Part shown: positions 29,436 through 42,164 of the stretch, in pieces
Layout: every line of letters begins with the position of its first letter
Numbering within the stretch: position 1 is the first letter of the stretch
Source: Eledone cirrhosa
Taxonomy: Eukaryota
Length of the DNA stretch: 64,000 nucleotides
NCBI GenBank assembly: GCA_964016885.1
Contig: OZ024740.1
Coordinates: forward strand, 301,630,001-301,694,000
Direction of reading: 5' to 3'
Program-made: the position numbers and the translations under genes
The notes under the pieces: generated by a model
Told to the model about the DNA's origin: nothing
The model's input: only the letters and a program-made list of their open reading frames with translations
Database searches by the model: none

Positions 29436-32400
29436 CCTTGAATCTCAGTCATTGATGTTGGTTAACTGGAAAGTCCGTTGGATTGAATATCAAGCCACTA
29501 CCTGCAGCCTCAGATATTCAGGACGTATCGGAGGGTTCTTGCCGTTCCAAGCAAGCATGCCTTTTGAAGCGTTCCAAAAAGCGCGAAGGGGCCGATTTTC
29601 TTTAACCATCCCTGGAAACCTTTGGAGATAGTCCCCAGTGCGCCTATGACAATCGGGATCACTTTGACTTCATGGCAGTTCCAAATCCTTTTCACCTCCC
29701 ACTTTAGGTCCTGGTATCGGTTAATTTTCTCCCTCTCCTTCTCTTGCACTCTCGTGTCGAACGGGCAGGCCACATCCACAATCAGGCACGATCTTTTTTC
29801 TTTGTCCACAACCACCAGGTCAGGTCTATTGTGTTCCAGTTTTTTGTCCGTCTGTATCCTAAAATCCCACAGCACCTTCACCTGACTGTTCTCCATCACC
29901 GACTCTGGCCTATGCTCATACCATTTCTCAGAATGTGGTAGATTGTTTACTTTGCACAGGTGCCAGTGGATCACCCTGCCCATCACATCGTGTCTCCAGC
30001 CCTTATAGTGGGTCTGGGCTAGGTGTTTACACTCGGACACAATGTGAGCCACAGTCTCCTCTCTCTCTCCACAGATCCTGCACAGTGGGCTAGCCTCCTC
30101 CTTGTAGATATGGTGCTTCAACCACTTCGTTTTGAGGGCCTGCTCCTGCGCAGCCATTAGCATTCCTTCTGTAGCCTTTTTGAGGTCTCCTCTTCTCAAC
30201 CAGTTCCATGTCTGTGGATCTCTAAATTCAGTTTTCTCAAAGAAGGTACTATGAAGGGATTTTCCATTAAGGCTGCTCTTCCTCCTTGATGTTATTTCCT
30301 CCTTGGATATCCCCTGGCCTACTGTCCCCTCCTTCAGTACAGCTCTGAGCATTGGCTCCTTACTATAGGTCACGTATTTGTATAGGTTGTTTTTCTCCAT
30401 CTGAACACAGTCCTCTATGCTGATAAGACCTCTTCCACCCTCAGATCTCCTTAGGTAGAGTCTATCGACATCACTCCTCTTGTGGAACATGTTGTAGATA
30501 GTCAATAGCTTCCTAGTCTTCCTATCCATTTCTTTTTGTTCAGCAACATTCCATCTCAGAATTCCCGCACTGTACCTAATAATAGACACAGCTCGGGAAT
30601 TTACTGCGCTTATGGCATTTCTGCTGTTCAGATGTGACTTCAATACGCTCCTTACTCTCCGAATGTATTCAGTTCTTAACAACTCCTTCATTTTTTGTTC
30701 TTTATGCCATCAGCCTCCAGAACGCCCAAATACTTGTATCCTTCCTCAGAGTCAATTTCCTTTATCATCTCACCTGTTGGTATCTGGATCCCGTTACTTC
30801 TGCTCAACCTACCCCTCCTCATCACAATGACTCCACATTTACCAATACCAAACTGCATACATATATCACTGCTGAAAATACGGACAGTGTCAACAAGCAC
30901 ATCCAACTCCTTCTCACTTTTCCCGAAGAGCTTAAGATCGTCCATGAAGAGGAGGTGATTGATGGTAAGCTCTCCCCTTCCCAACTTGTATCCTGCTCTC
31001 ACTTTTCGCAGCATAATGGTCAAGGGCATCAGGGCAAGGACAAACAACAGAGGGGACAGGCTATCTCCCTGGAAGATACCTCTCTTGATCTTCACGCTTC
31101 CCAAGGATACTCCAGTTGATGTCAACTCTGTCTCCCAGGACCCCATACTCCTGCCCAGCAACTGTCTGATGTTATCTGCCACCCTGAAGATCTCCAGGCT
31201 TTTGGTGATCCAGGAATGAGGCACCATGTCAAATGCCTTTCTGTAGTCTATCCATCCCATGGCAAGATCAGTGTGTCTCCTCCTGCAATTCCCCATTACC
31301 ATCTTATCAATAAGCAACTGGTCCTTTGTACCACGTGACTTCTTTCGGCATCCTTTCTGTTCGTCCGGCAACAAGTTGTTTGTGTGGAGGTGATGGTAGA
31401 TTTCCTCAGACACAATGCTCGTCAACAGTTTCCACATTACGGGCAGACATGTGATAGGTCTATAGTTGGTAACATCATTACCCTTGATTCGGTCTTTCAT
31501 TATCAGAACTGTGGTACCTTTTGTCAACCACTCTGGCACCTCACCCGACACCAAGCAGTCATTGAACATGGCCGTCAGCTTCGGGTGGAGGGATGTTAAA
31601 TGTTTAATCCAATACCCCTGCACACCATCTGGGCCTGGTGATTTCCAGTTGGTTAGTTTTTTGGCTTGCCCCTTAAGAGTTTCAACTGTGATACTCAAAT
31701 CAGTCTGTTGCTGTGCCTGCTCACCGATCTCCCTCTGTACTGTCTCAATCCACCCTGCCTGGGCATTGTGTCTAACATCCTGCTCCCATATTCCTCTCCA
31801 GAATGTTTTATCTTCTTCAGCCCCAGGGATCAAGTCGTTGACTCTTTCTTTCCCCTCAAGCTGTCCAAACAGCATCTTCTGGTTGTTGTCGAACATGCGG
31901 TTCTGTTTATACTGACTGACTCTGTTCTCGTATCGCCTGATTTTGGCACTCTTTGCTACAATGCGTTGCTTCAATTCCTCTATGATAATATTTAGCTTTT
32001 TACTCCTAGTTTTGTATTTTATTTCCAGTCTATTTTTAGTGCCTATGTTTTTTAGTGTCCCATTCAGTAGTGACTCAAGCTTTCCTATGTCATTTCTCAT
32101 TTCTTCGATTTGCCCACTCAGTCGCTTCTTCCACCACGGCTCTGCTCTTTCTTGTCTGTTGTTTCCTCTCGCTTTTATACCAAGTAGTTTCCTCACCGTA
32201 TTTGCTGTTGCTTTGAGGATATTGTTGCACTGGTGAAGACTCCTCGCCTCAAGGTATGGGATGACTTTGTTTACCTTAGCTGTTGTTTCTTTTAACTTTT
32301 TCCTGTCTACAAATCTTAGGTTCATAGGTCTCCCACTATCATTGTTCAACTCATCTACCACTAAATTTAGGATGTCAACCGAATCTTGTCCTAGCCCGTC

Positions 32401-32972
32401 AGCATTCATCTCCTCAGTGGCCGTATCTCTGTTCCAGGTATTATTTATCTCAGTATTCAGATCATTGTCTGCTTCGGGTGGTTCCTTCGTTCTCAGGACC
32501 TCCTCACCTTCATTTCCCGTCGGCTCGCTTGTCTGGCATACTACACCCGCCATCTCCAAGCCATTCTCTCTGCTCAGTTCCTCCAGTTCCAGCTCGCTTA
32601 TCCACCCATTAGTTCTTATTACCCGAGCCTGCCCGGCCAATTTTTGTTCATCTAATTTAAATAAACCAATCTCGTTCCAGATGTTATGCATCCGTCTCCT
32701 GTAGCCCCTCTCCTTGGGGTTACTTTTCAGGTAGCATTGCATAACAGTTCTATTCAATTCTTTCGTCCAGTTGGTTCCGGCCCCTTTCCTTCTTCTTCTT
32801 CCTCCAACATCAGCAGTATTTGGTTGACAGTCAGGTTCCTGCTGCTGAGCCAGGGGGCACCTGTTGGGTGAGAGTCTGTCACATGACGTTCTAGTCTTCA
32901 TTTCACCGTTATTCGAACTGTTTATGTTCGATATTTAAACACTCTTATCGAGGATTGGCGAATGTATGTATG
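29436..32972 (-). mobile_element. Apparently full-length R4/Dong-like RLE element, family C
   Basis: Short 5' UTR, single ORF 32901->29510, short 3' UTR; (AAT)n on both sides. Confidence 0.95.
29510..32901 (-). CDS. Family C polyprotein (~1130 aa: N-terminal domain, RT, CCHC, RLE) with a single frameshift at ~30690
   Basis: ORFs 30688-32901 and 29510-30691 abut. WTKELNRTVMQCY..GYRRRMHNIW N-terminus; NWKSPGPDG, GIFQGDSLSP, HLLFMDDLKLF; CRICGEREETVAHIVSEC; RHD, RPD, IVDVACP, KINRYQDL. Confidence 0.88.
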
Positions 32973-32988
32973 TATTATTATTATTATT

Positions 32989-33705
32989 TGCATTTATCTT
33001 GCTTTATGTTTATACGAGTTATCACCAAGTCACAACCAGTGACCTCAAGAGACAACAAGGTCCGCCATGTTCAAGAAAGAACACACATATTCACACATGC
33101 ATCCTTAGTGTTTAGACTTGTGATGTACTTATATTGACAGGATCTTCCTTAGTATATGGGCAGTTCCCATTAGTACTATCTTTTGTATTTCTCCTATACG
33201 CGGGTTTCCTGGGATTTGCGATAAGTAGTCGTTAGACCCCTTAGGTATCATTCCCAGAGCGCCTACAACCACTGGTATTGTTTTAGTTCTCAATTTCCAC
33301 ATTTTTCCAATTTCTATCTCCAGGTCCTTATACTTGCTCAAATTTTCAAATGTTTTTATAGATACATTCTTGTCTATTGGAACAGACATATCAATTAGCA
33401 GGCATACCCTCCTTTGAAAGTCCTTCAATATTATATCAGGTCTATTTGCATCTATTTTTCGGTCTGTTTGGATGCTAAAGTTCCACAAGATTGAGATGTG
33501 ATCAAGTATGGGAGGTGGTTGATGCTCCCACCAATTCTTTTGATAGGGCAGGTCAAAATGCTTACACATTATCCAATGTATGTATTGTGCAGCTCTGTCA
33601 TGCCTGTTTAGGTATTCGGTTGGAGCTATAGGACTGCACATTGAAATTATATGGTCAATGGTCTCTGGTTGTTTTTTGCATACACGGCATAATGGGCTGC
33701 ACCCA

Positions 33706-33712
<7 letters not shown>
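32989..33712 (-). mobile_element. 5'-truncated R4/Dong-like family A copy 3
   Basis: Nearly identical to the 3' part of copy A2, same 3' terminus; followed by (ATT)n 33710-33790. Confidence 0.94.
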
Positions 33713-33782
<70 letters not shown>

Positions 33783-33799
33783 CATTATTGTTAGTATTA

Positions 33800-34040
33800 T
33801 TCGCCCATTTATTCATGAGACAGAGGTCGGCGCAGAGTCCTCAAACACTCAATCCTGTGGTGCCTGTTGGAAGCAACCATCTCCAACTTATCCAGCTGGC
33901 CGGCCTAGTGAGACCATTCAAACTCATGTATGTTATCCAAAAATCATAATCGCGGTCTACCACTGGATCTCCTCCCGGTTCATTTTATTCATAAAATTGC
34001 TATCCTGTTTCTTTCCTTACATATTCTAACTAATGTCAGT
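33800..34040 (-). mobile_element. Degenerate RTE-like LINE 3' end
   Basis: Minus translation GRRSSGRPRL..FLDNI...LEMVASNR; the 3' end faces the (AAT)n tract; similar to the 41052-41500 element. Confidence 0.55.
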
Positions 34041-37000
34041 ATCGGAGCTGTGATCTTTCAATTTGGTGGAGTATTCGCTCTACCTCGACTGCCTCATTGA
34101 CCTCAGACGTTACTCCGAAAAAGTCAACTCCGAAAAAGTTAACTGAACATTAAAGAAAATATATTATAATAATAAGTAAGGGAGAATTTGTGGGGAAATC
34201 CATGCATCAAATATCTCTAGATTTGAATACATATAATGAAGCCTTAGATGAACTTGTTCTTATTATAACTGTTGGTCGATGGAAAACTTTCAATAGTTAA
34301 AAATAGATGCTGCGATATTCTTCATATTTCGTGTAATACTCTCTGACTCAAACTCTCATTCAGATCTTAATGCTCATTATAGCAATGGAGCTGACAATAA
34401 TTTTTTTTTACCAGCTATTAAATTATTTTATAATTATGTAAAATAAAAAAGAGGGACTGGATGCTTATATTCTGCAACTATTTTGAAAACGACACTTAAA
34501 TAAACAAATTTATTAAAACAAATTTTTAAAATTTAGCATCGTTTCGTAGATGTGATGTATACATTTGTTTTAAGATTGAAGATTAATCAAAAATCAGTAT
34601 TTATATAAACTTGAACCCACTACATCTGAAAATGTTTATATTTTACTCCAACGATTATATCACATCATAATCATCTGATGCAAACATGAAGCTACAAATC
34701 AAGTTTCTTGAAAGTTGAGCTTTCCTCTTCTTTTTTTATCACGAGAAAGATATGCAAAATTTGTCACCGATCTTAACCTCGAATTACTAATGTAAACGCC
34801 TGAAACCTTCGCTCAGTTGGTACAAAATAATGATGTCGCTATTATAGAGTGTACACAAACCAATGTTTGATTAGATCCCACTTCTGATATAATATTATTG
34901 CAACTCCAACTTTTATTTTATTTCGTTTCATGTATATTACAAGGCCTGGCTGGGTTAGCACGTTCTGCAGATGAGACTATAAACGATTATGTCTTGCTAC
35001 CGATGACATTTAAGAAAGCTGAGACTAAATGTTGTCTGCCATTCAAAAATATAAATTATTCAATGTAGAAATGGAAAATGTGAAACTATGAGCGAGAAGA
35101 AGATAGGGAGAAATACACGGAGAGAGGGAACGAGAGAAAGACAGCAAGAGTGAAAGAGTGAGAAAATATAGAGGGAGACAGACAAACAGGTGCACAAATG
35201 TTTAGGTAGAGAGATATACAAAGAGAGCGCGGTATCCAATATAACAAGAGTGATAAATATTTATCCATATCTTGTTTTCTGACATATAAAATAGTGTACA
35301 CATTTTTCTAAATGTGTTGTTTTTCTCATTTCTCTTTGTCTATTCATTAACAGCGTCTTCTCCAACAATCACTTTTAAATACGTCTAGTGCCTTAGCTCT
35401 CTATTCCTCTTATGAAGAGGATGATGAAAGATCAAACGAAGAAGGTACACGTGTAGAAGTGGTAGAGAGAACTGGCAACGGCAATAGAAGTGGTGCTTAT
35501 GAAATTTGAGACAAAACGTATGATTTCGAAATTTGAAGAACAATCCATACTTTGCGCATCTCGATCTAAGCATTAAATCTTTGTTCCTATCTATTTGTAT
35601 TATATTATACACCTTTCCCTGACATTGAGAATATATTATAGTATCCGCAATTCCTAGGTTCTGTAAACTCTAATCATTTCTAGCAAGGCCTCATTAAATC
35701 ATTTCTTTGTTATTATATTTGTATCCGTCTGCCACGCATCAGAATAAAATAATGTAACCCTGCCAAACAATCCTCTGTCATCCGTAGTGGTAGGGACCGC
35801 AGCATTTTCATTGCTGCATCCAATGTGTTTTGCAGGTAAGTTGGCGATGATGGTTGCAGTTTAATTATTTCTCCTTGACAGCGGGATTTTTAGAAGCAGT
35901 TATGTTCTTTTGTAGACACGTTGGTAGCTGGAGATGTTGAGATAGATTCTCTGCTCTCACCTGTGTTTCAGCTTCACACAGGTTGCATTTGTGACACTGT
36001 TGGTACTGGGGCTGGTACTAATATTGATTCTGCTTTCCCTTTTTTTTTACTGTTGTTCTATTTGTGTTCCTTTTTCCGTGCGATTTCATTGTTATCTGTC
36101 GATGTCAATTTTGAGAGCTCTTTGGTAAATGAAGGGACACCACAGTCTATGGTTTGTGATTATTAAATATTATCAGTGAAGCATACTCTTACGGGAACAA
36201 CGCTATTCTTCGCTGATGAGCACTTTGAGGACTAAATGTTCTTTCGATTTTGCCAAAGTACGTACAAAATAATCAGTAGCATATTCTATGCATGCTTCTA
36301 AACTATTTGCAGGAAATTCCGATTAAGATGATGGCTACATACTCTCCAAAGAGGCATTTAAAAAGATTTTCCCTTTAATCAATGGTATAATTTTCATTGA
36401 TATATGATTATTTTTAAACACTATATTAAGTATGTTTATCCTTATTAAAATATATGCTAACACTAAACATGTGAACACAACACTAGTACTTCCTCAAAGA
36501 CTACGGGGCGTGCGGGCGTACTCCAACAGATATTGACATATATAACATAAGAAAGAAGTAAACATCAAGTGCATTCATGCCGCCCACAAGCAGTAATGTC
36601 TTCAAAATTACTGTAAACACGAGTGCGTCATGCAATGTGCTCATTCATTTAGATGTCAAATATTCTCACGTTGATTAACCGGTTCGCATTACAGCGTTCT
36701 CTGGATATATGGATCAGGTATTATGGCACGCCGACCAATATTTCAAATATTCTGCATATTCCATAGGAGTTTAAAGCCGGAATGCACATATATAAAGGTA
36801 TGGTAAAAATAGATCAATAAATTTAAATCAGTTTATTCCATAAAGTATTTTGTTTAATATACTAAATGCTTGGCTGCCAGTTCTTGCTGATATCTTTCAT
36901 CTACACTATCACATTCTAAAGTATATTTGCCTAGAGTAACAATGTTTACAATAGTTGAATAGCCGATAACAATGCTCAAAATATATATAAATGTTAGCTT

Positions 37001-37622
37001 TAACAAAACTAACCCTCGGGTATTCTATAATGTGGAAATAGTTAAATGCAGTATAGCAGCTAGTGAAAGTTGAATGTTTAAGTAAATAACGAATAATAAT
37101 TGTATACGTTATTTATCCATACATCTCTATTCGTGATCCTAAAGACTTGTACATCCATATGTCCTCTTACTATATCGGCAAATTGCAATTGTAAATATAG
37201 CATGATGTAGGTTTAAACGTGATTAAAATTTGACTGAGATATATATATATATATCTCTATCACCCATCTCTCCCTCTCATCTCCTTCCCTTTTCATCCTT
37301 TCCACCCCCCCCCCTCTCTAAATAAAATATTTTTCCCAATATCACACATCAATCTAAAACCACTTTTCATATGTTGATTTAAAACTGCACTATCCACAAG
37401 TGTTTTTTAGCCTTCATATCATGTTCTCCTGTTTTATCTGATGAAAACACAAATATTATTGCATGATGATGTTTGTTTTTGAAATGCGCATAATAAAATA
37501 CATGGAACTCCTTTAACCATCTTTTGATCTTATATTATGCATACTCCAGTCCTACAAACTGTAGAGTGCTTCTTATCCGATATCTGCATTGCTTTATTGT
37601 ACTACAATAAAACTCACCTCCT

Positions 37623-37673
<51 letters not shown>

Positions 37674-37677
<4 letters not shown>

Positions 37678-38070
37678 TAACAGATTAAAGTTTAAGCAAA
37701 TAATCGCTGTTTTCACCCTTAACGGGATCTTCTGAAAAGTGTGATGGTTTTCTCTGCACCAAATAATGACGTATTATCTGCGTTTTTTTTTTCGTTCTTT
37801 GCCAGGGAACGTTTCCACGAACCAAAGTATCGTCTTCCTGTCTTACTTCGGTTGCAACGTTTTTTGAAATATTTACTTCTGCGTACACATATTGACTTTT
37901 TTAGTTTCAGAAGATCCCGATAAGGGTGAAAGCAGCGATTCTTTGCTTAAACTTTAATCTGTTATTTTCATAAATATTTGCTCTACGGTTCTTATATATA
38001 TATCTGATATATATTTATCTTCATCGAGCCTTCTTTGTATTTTAGTCTTCAAATTTATTATTATTACTAT
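37674..38070. mobile_element. Inverted-repeat Penelope-like relic in (TA)n
   Basis: Arms 37674-37737 and 37905-37968 plus a tail; same family at 42161-42235 and 53090-54062. Confidence 0.65.
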
Positions 38071-38090
38071 ATATATATATATATATATAT

Positions 38091-38206
38091 TTACGGCCAT
38101 ATCACGCTGAAAACACCGGTTCTCGTCCGATCACCGAAGTTAAGCAACGTAGAGCCTAGTTAGTACTTGGATGGGTGACCGCTTGGGAACCCTGGGTGCC
38201 GTAAGC
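38091..38206 (+). rRNA. 5S rRNA copy lacking the first 2 nt (retrocopy / SINE3 head)
   Basis: TTACGGCCATATCACGCTGAAAACACCGGTTCTCGTCCGATCACCGAAGTTAAGCAACGTAGAGCCTAGTTAGTACTTGGATGGGTGACCGCTTGGGAACCCTGGGTGCCGTAAGC: canonical 5S with intact internal control region; not in an array; no oligo-T terminator of 4 or more T. Confidence 0.93.
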
Positions 38207-38280
38207 GTTTCATTTACAAGGGCGGTGCCCCAGCATGGCCTCAGCCGGATGGCTGAAACAGGTAAAAGAGTAAAAGAATA
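38091..38280 (+). mobile_element. Candidate 5S-derived SINE (SINE3) with SINE/LINE-type 3' tail
   Basis: 5S followed by GGGCGGTGCCCCAGCATGGCCT-CAGCC GGAT GGCTG-AAACAGG and (TAAAAGAG/A)2; inserted in (TA)n. Confidence 0.65.
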
Positions 38281-38465
38281 TATATATCTTTTAAATCAAT
38301 TTACACACACATACACATACACACACACATATAGTTAAAACATTGATGTAAATAAATTCGAGAACTCACCGTGCATTTTTCGAATTGCGTGGCCACTTTC
38401 GTCATCGAAATATGTATCACGCCTTATCAATAAAGGACTTTAACATCTAAACATTGTATTTCCCT

Positions 38466-38505
<40 letters not shown>

Positions 38506-38743
38506 AGATAATTATTTAAAATCTATCTAGCGTCTAAACTTAACGGTGCTTTTCAGTTTTAACATATTTATCTTGAGTTTTGAAAATTCATTCACTTTCT
38601 TCAATGAACTTATGACATGAAGTTCACATGAAGATATGTCTCTGACGAAAACGAACTAACATATTGGTACCCTTGAAATATGTATGATAAAATAAATATG
38701 GTTTTATAAATATATTTTCCATTTATTAATTCCAATATTATTG

Positions 38744-38865
<122 letters not shown>

Positions 38866-39165
38866 ATATTAATAAGAGGAATTCCAACTTTGTTTCATTT
38901 ACTCATTTACAATTTTCAACTGTTTTCAACAATTTTCACAGTTGAAAATTGCAAACTTGATTGTCACAACATATTATGAACCTGAAGATTGCGAAAGCAT
39001 GAAAGTACTTGTTCAATTAACACTTAGAATTTAATATTCTATCATACTATTTCATTATAATACCATTATAAATGTTAAAGGATTGTAAATAAAACGAGTA
39101 AATCAGACAAAGTTGGAATTCCTCTTATTAATATAATCTTCTATACACAATCATACACACCCGTG
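38866..39165 (+). mobile_element. Penelope-like pLTR relic with minimal hammerhead
   Basis: Short inverted terminus, flanked by (TA)n; same family as 55494-55950. Confidence 0.7.
38977..39015 (+). ncRNA. Minimal type-I hammerhead ribozyme motif
   Basis: TGAAC-CTGAAGA-T TGC GAAA GCA T-GAAA-G TA C TT-GTTCA; palindromic AAGTACTT stem III. Confidence 0.7.
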
Positions 39166-39181
39166 TATATTTATCTATCTA

Positions 39182-39233
<52 letters not shown>

Positions 39234-39236
39234 AAA

Positions 39237-39282
<46 letters not shown>

Positions 39283-39706
39283 AATATAAATTAACGAGAA
39301 TCGCATTTCGACCTGTTGAAATTAGCGAAAAACAACTTCCGAATTGTGTGGCAAGCGCTCAATAGATACTAGTGTACTAGAGCAATAAAACATACGTTAA
39401 AAGGTCATACACACTGAGGCGATGGTTAAACCATTAACCGCAAAGCCAAAAAGTGAGCAAGCTATTCGAGTCAAACAAATAATAATATATGATTGAAAAA
39501 TTTACCTGGACCTTCGGAAATAGTGGTAAAATCGGTATAGAGCTTCTGCAACTTCTAAATCAAGTACTGTCTGCTTAAACAAATTATGCTAAGCTTTTGG
39601 TATGATGATCGAACAAGGATGTCGCTTTTTCAACATGTATTTTGATTTGTGGCAAACTACGGGTTTCGTCGTAATGTGACCACACATGTATGTAGATATA
39701 TATATA

Positions 39707-40310
39707 CATGGTAGTTGCCAACTCGTTTTCGAGTACGAGCACTACTTTATATCCATGTAGGAGAACCCCTATCGATGCGCTGAACGTGTGTGACTTTTTA
39801 GTCCAGCCAGCGACTTGAAAATTCTGGTACAAACACTATACTTGTGACAATTATTGAAACGTAGTTCTGGGCCCATGGTATCAAGTGACGACAAGTGCAG
39901 AGAGATCTCAAGATATGCCTGTGCCGTGAAGCTTTTATAGTGAGCAAAGGCACTGCACAAAGCCAGTCCCACTCTCTTAACCAAGATGATATTTATCAAA
40001 AAGAAGAACAAGTCAACATCATTGGATACCATCAGGGTTGCAGGTGTTATATCAGAGTTTTCTTTCTCCTAGAATTCTGCCTTGACAAAGGTTAAGGGGT
40101 CATCTCTCCCGGTGATTTTGGATGGCCATTGACTCTTAAGAGCTCCTTTGCCCTTTGACAGGTTTTGTTTTTAGTCCTGCAGGATGTTCAAAGTCACCCT
40201 CCTCACCAAGAAACCTTGGTGGGGTTGCAAGTTTAGTCGCCAACGACCCGACCATGGGAGAGGTTGTACTGGAATGCATGTTACCAGTAGCACCAACTGG
40301 TGACCTGACA
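39707..40310 (-). mobile_element. Internally deleted RTE derivative (5' UTR joined to C2H2-finger 3' end)
   Basis: 3' part encodes CTRIFKSLAGLKSHTRSAH and ends with a CTCG-AAAA-CGAG hairpin + (TA)n, like 54278-55453. The 5' part has CTAGGAGAAAGAAAACTCTGA, an RTE 5'-UTR-like motif. Confidence 0.6.
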
Positions 40311-40957
40311 TACATACATACATACATACATACATACATACATACATACATACATACATACATTTACATTTACATTTACTTCCAACGCATTTGCCGGCTC
40401 CAATTCCCACATTACATGCAATGTCTCCGAATTTCCCAGATGAACCGTATACGCTGGTATCGGCAAATATATTATGTTGCAACATACCTGCGAAATGTGA
40501 CATGCCTACGATCATAATCACTAGCGCCTTCCATCCTCAGCAACAAACTACGACTACCTCTAATGGGTGTGTACGTCTTTATGTGTACGCAGAATTTATC
40601 ATACAGATGTATGGTTTTTTTCTCGCACGCATTCTCGAACGGTGCCATCTTTGTTAGGGTCTAGCAGAGATATATTCACAATTTTGCATAGACAAATGAA
40701 ACCAACACAAGTGCATGTATACACTCACACTCACACATGCGCCCGCATAATTTGACGGAATCACATACACATACACACATGTCAATGCAAAACATAGAAG
40801 GATTATCTCGTTTTAAAAACCTCTTGAATATCTAAGTCACCCATTGACCCACATTTTCAACAAAGTTTTGTTTTATCTTCTATCATCTTTTCTGTCAGTT
40901 TGTTTCTATTCTTTTTCATTTTCATCTGATGTAAAATTCGTGTTCCAAATGTAAATA

Positions 40958-40959
<2 letters not shown>

Positions 40960-41052
<93 letters not shown>
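40960..41052. repeat. Compound (CTT)n(ATT)n microsatellite
   Basis: Directly visible; abuts the 3' end of an RTE fragment. Confidence 0.97.
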
Positions 41053-41053
<1 letters not shown>

Positions 41054-41500
41054 TACTTATTCCTGAGAGGGCTGTGGGGGCTGCGTCTTCAAACACTCTT
41101 TCCATCAGACACTGTCAGAAGCAACCATTTTCAAATGATTCGTCTGGATCCCCAAGCCTAACAAGCCAAGTTCAGGGATGTTTTCCAGCCTTCATGCTCT
41201 GGGTCTACCCCTGGGTCTCCTGGTTGTTGGCTTTGGCCGTAAAATCTGTCCAACGATCCTTTACTAAGACATTCTAGCCCTATGGCCATCGTCTCGAAGC
41301 TGGGATATCTCAATTCGGAGAATACGCTGCTCTAAATTAAGTGATACTCTGATCTTCAACATACGCACTTAATCAAGTAACGTTAGACCATAGAAACCCC
41401 CATTTCGGCCGCTTGAATTCATGATCATAATATTTCGGTTATTTCCCAAGCTTCAAGACCGTAGGTAATAGTTGGTAAGAAGATTGGTATTGAAGATTAC
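41053..41500 (-). mobile_element. 5'-truncated degenerate RTE LINE 3' end
   Basis: Minus translation IFLPTITYGLEAW...IQAAEMGFL...RRPRGRPR. Confidence 0.8.
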
Positions 41501-41623
41501 GTCTACCTCAATTATATTCATGTACTGTATTGTTTAATTTGATTTCGCAGACTACATTTCGCATACTTACACACACACACACACACACACACACAAATAA
41601 CACACACACACACACACACACAC

Positions 41624-41744
<121 letters not shown>

Positions 41745-41761
41745 TATATATATATATATGG

Positions 41762-42088
41762 GAAAAGGGTAAATACCCCTTTCGATCACGAATGACCATG
41801 AGTTTTGCGCCCGGAATGCTCTCTCCGAGGCACGAGACCGGGTAAGTCTGTTTATTGAAGACCAGTAATCAGCATTACATACCAGTCTCCCCTCTCCATA
41901 CTACCGATGTTGCCCTAGGGAAAGGCAATGGCCGATACAGCTTTGCAGCTGTGACGTCACATTTCTGCAGTTGGGTAAATAGAAGCAACGTGAAATAAAT
42001 TGTGTTGTACATAGACACAACGCACCACCCGGTCCTAACTCTCAATTTCCTGAATCCAAGCTCAACTATCTAACCACTGAGCCATGTG
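41762..42088 (-). mobile_element. tRNA-derived SINE (second octopus-type family), degenerate
   Basis: Minus head TGGCTCAGTGGTTAGA; shares the core GCAACGTGAAATAAA with 59690-59958. Confidence 0.7.
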
Positions 42089-42121
42089 TGTGTGTGCGCG
42101 TGGCCATTACATCGTGTAACT

Positions 42122-42164
<43 letters not shown>

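Noticed and set aside
34050-37620. Possible host exons in unique-looking sequence
   Set aside because: Only short ORFs with no recognisable domain or supported splice structure.
38091-38206. Functional 5S rRNA gene
   Set aside because: Missing 5' GC, no strong terminator, solitary and embedded in (TA)n with a retroposon-like tail.
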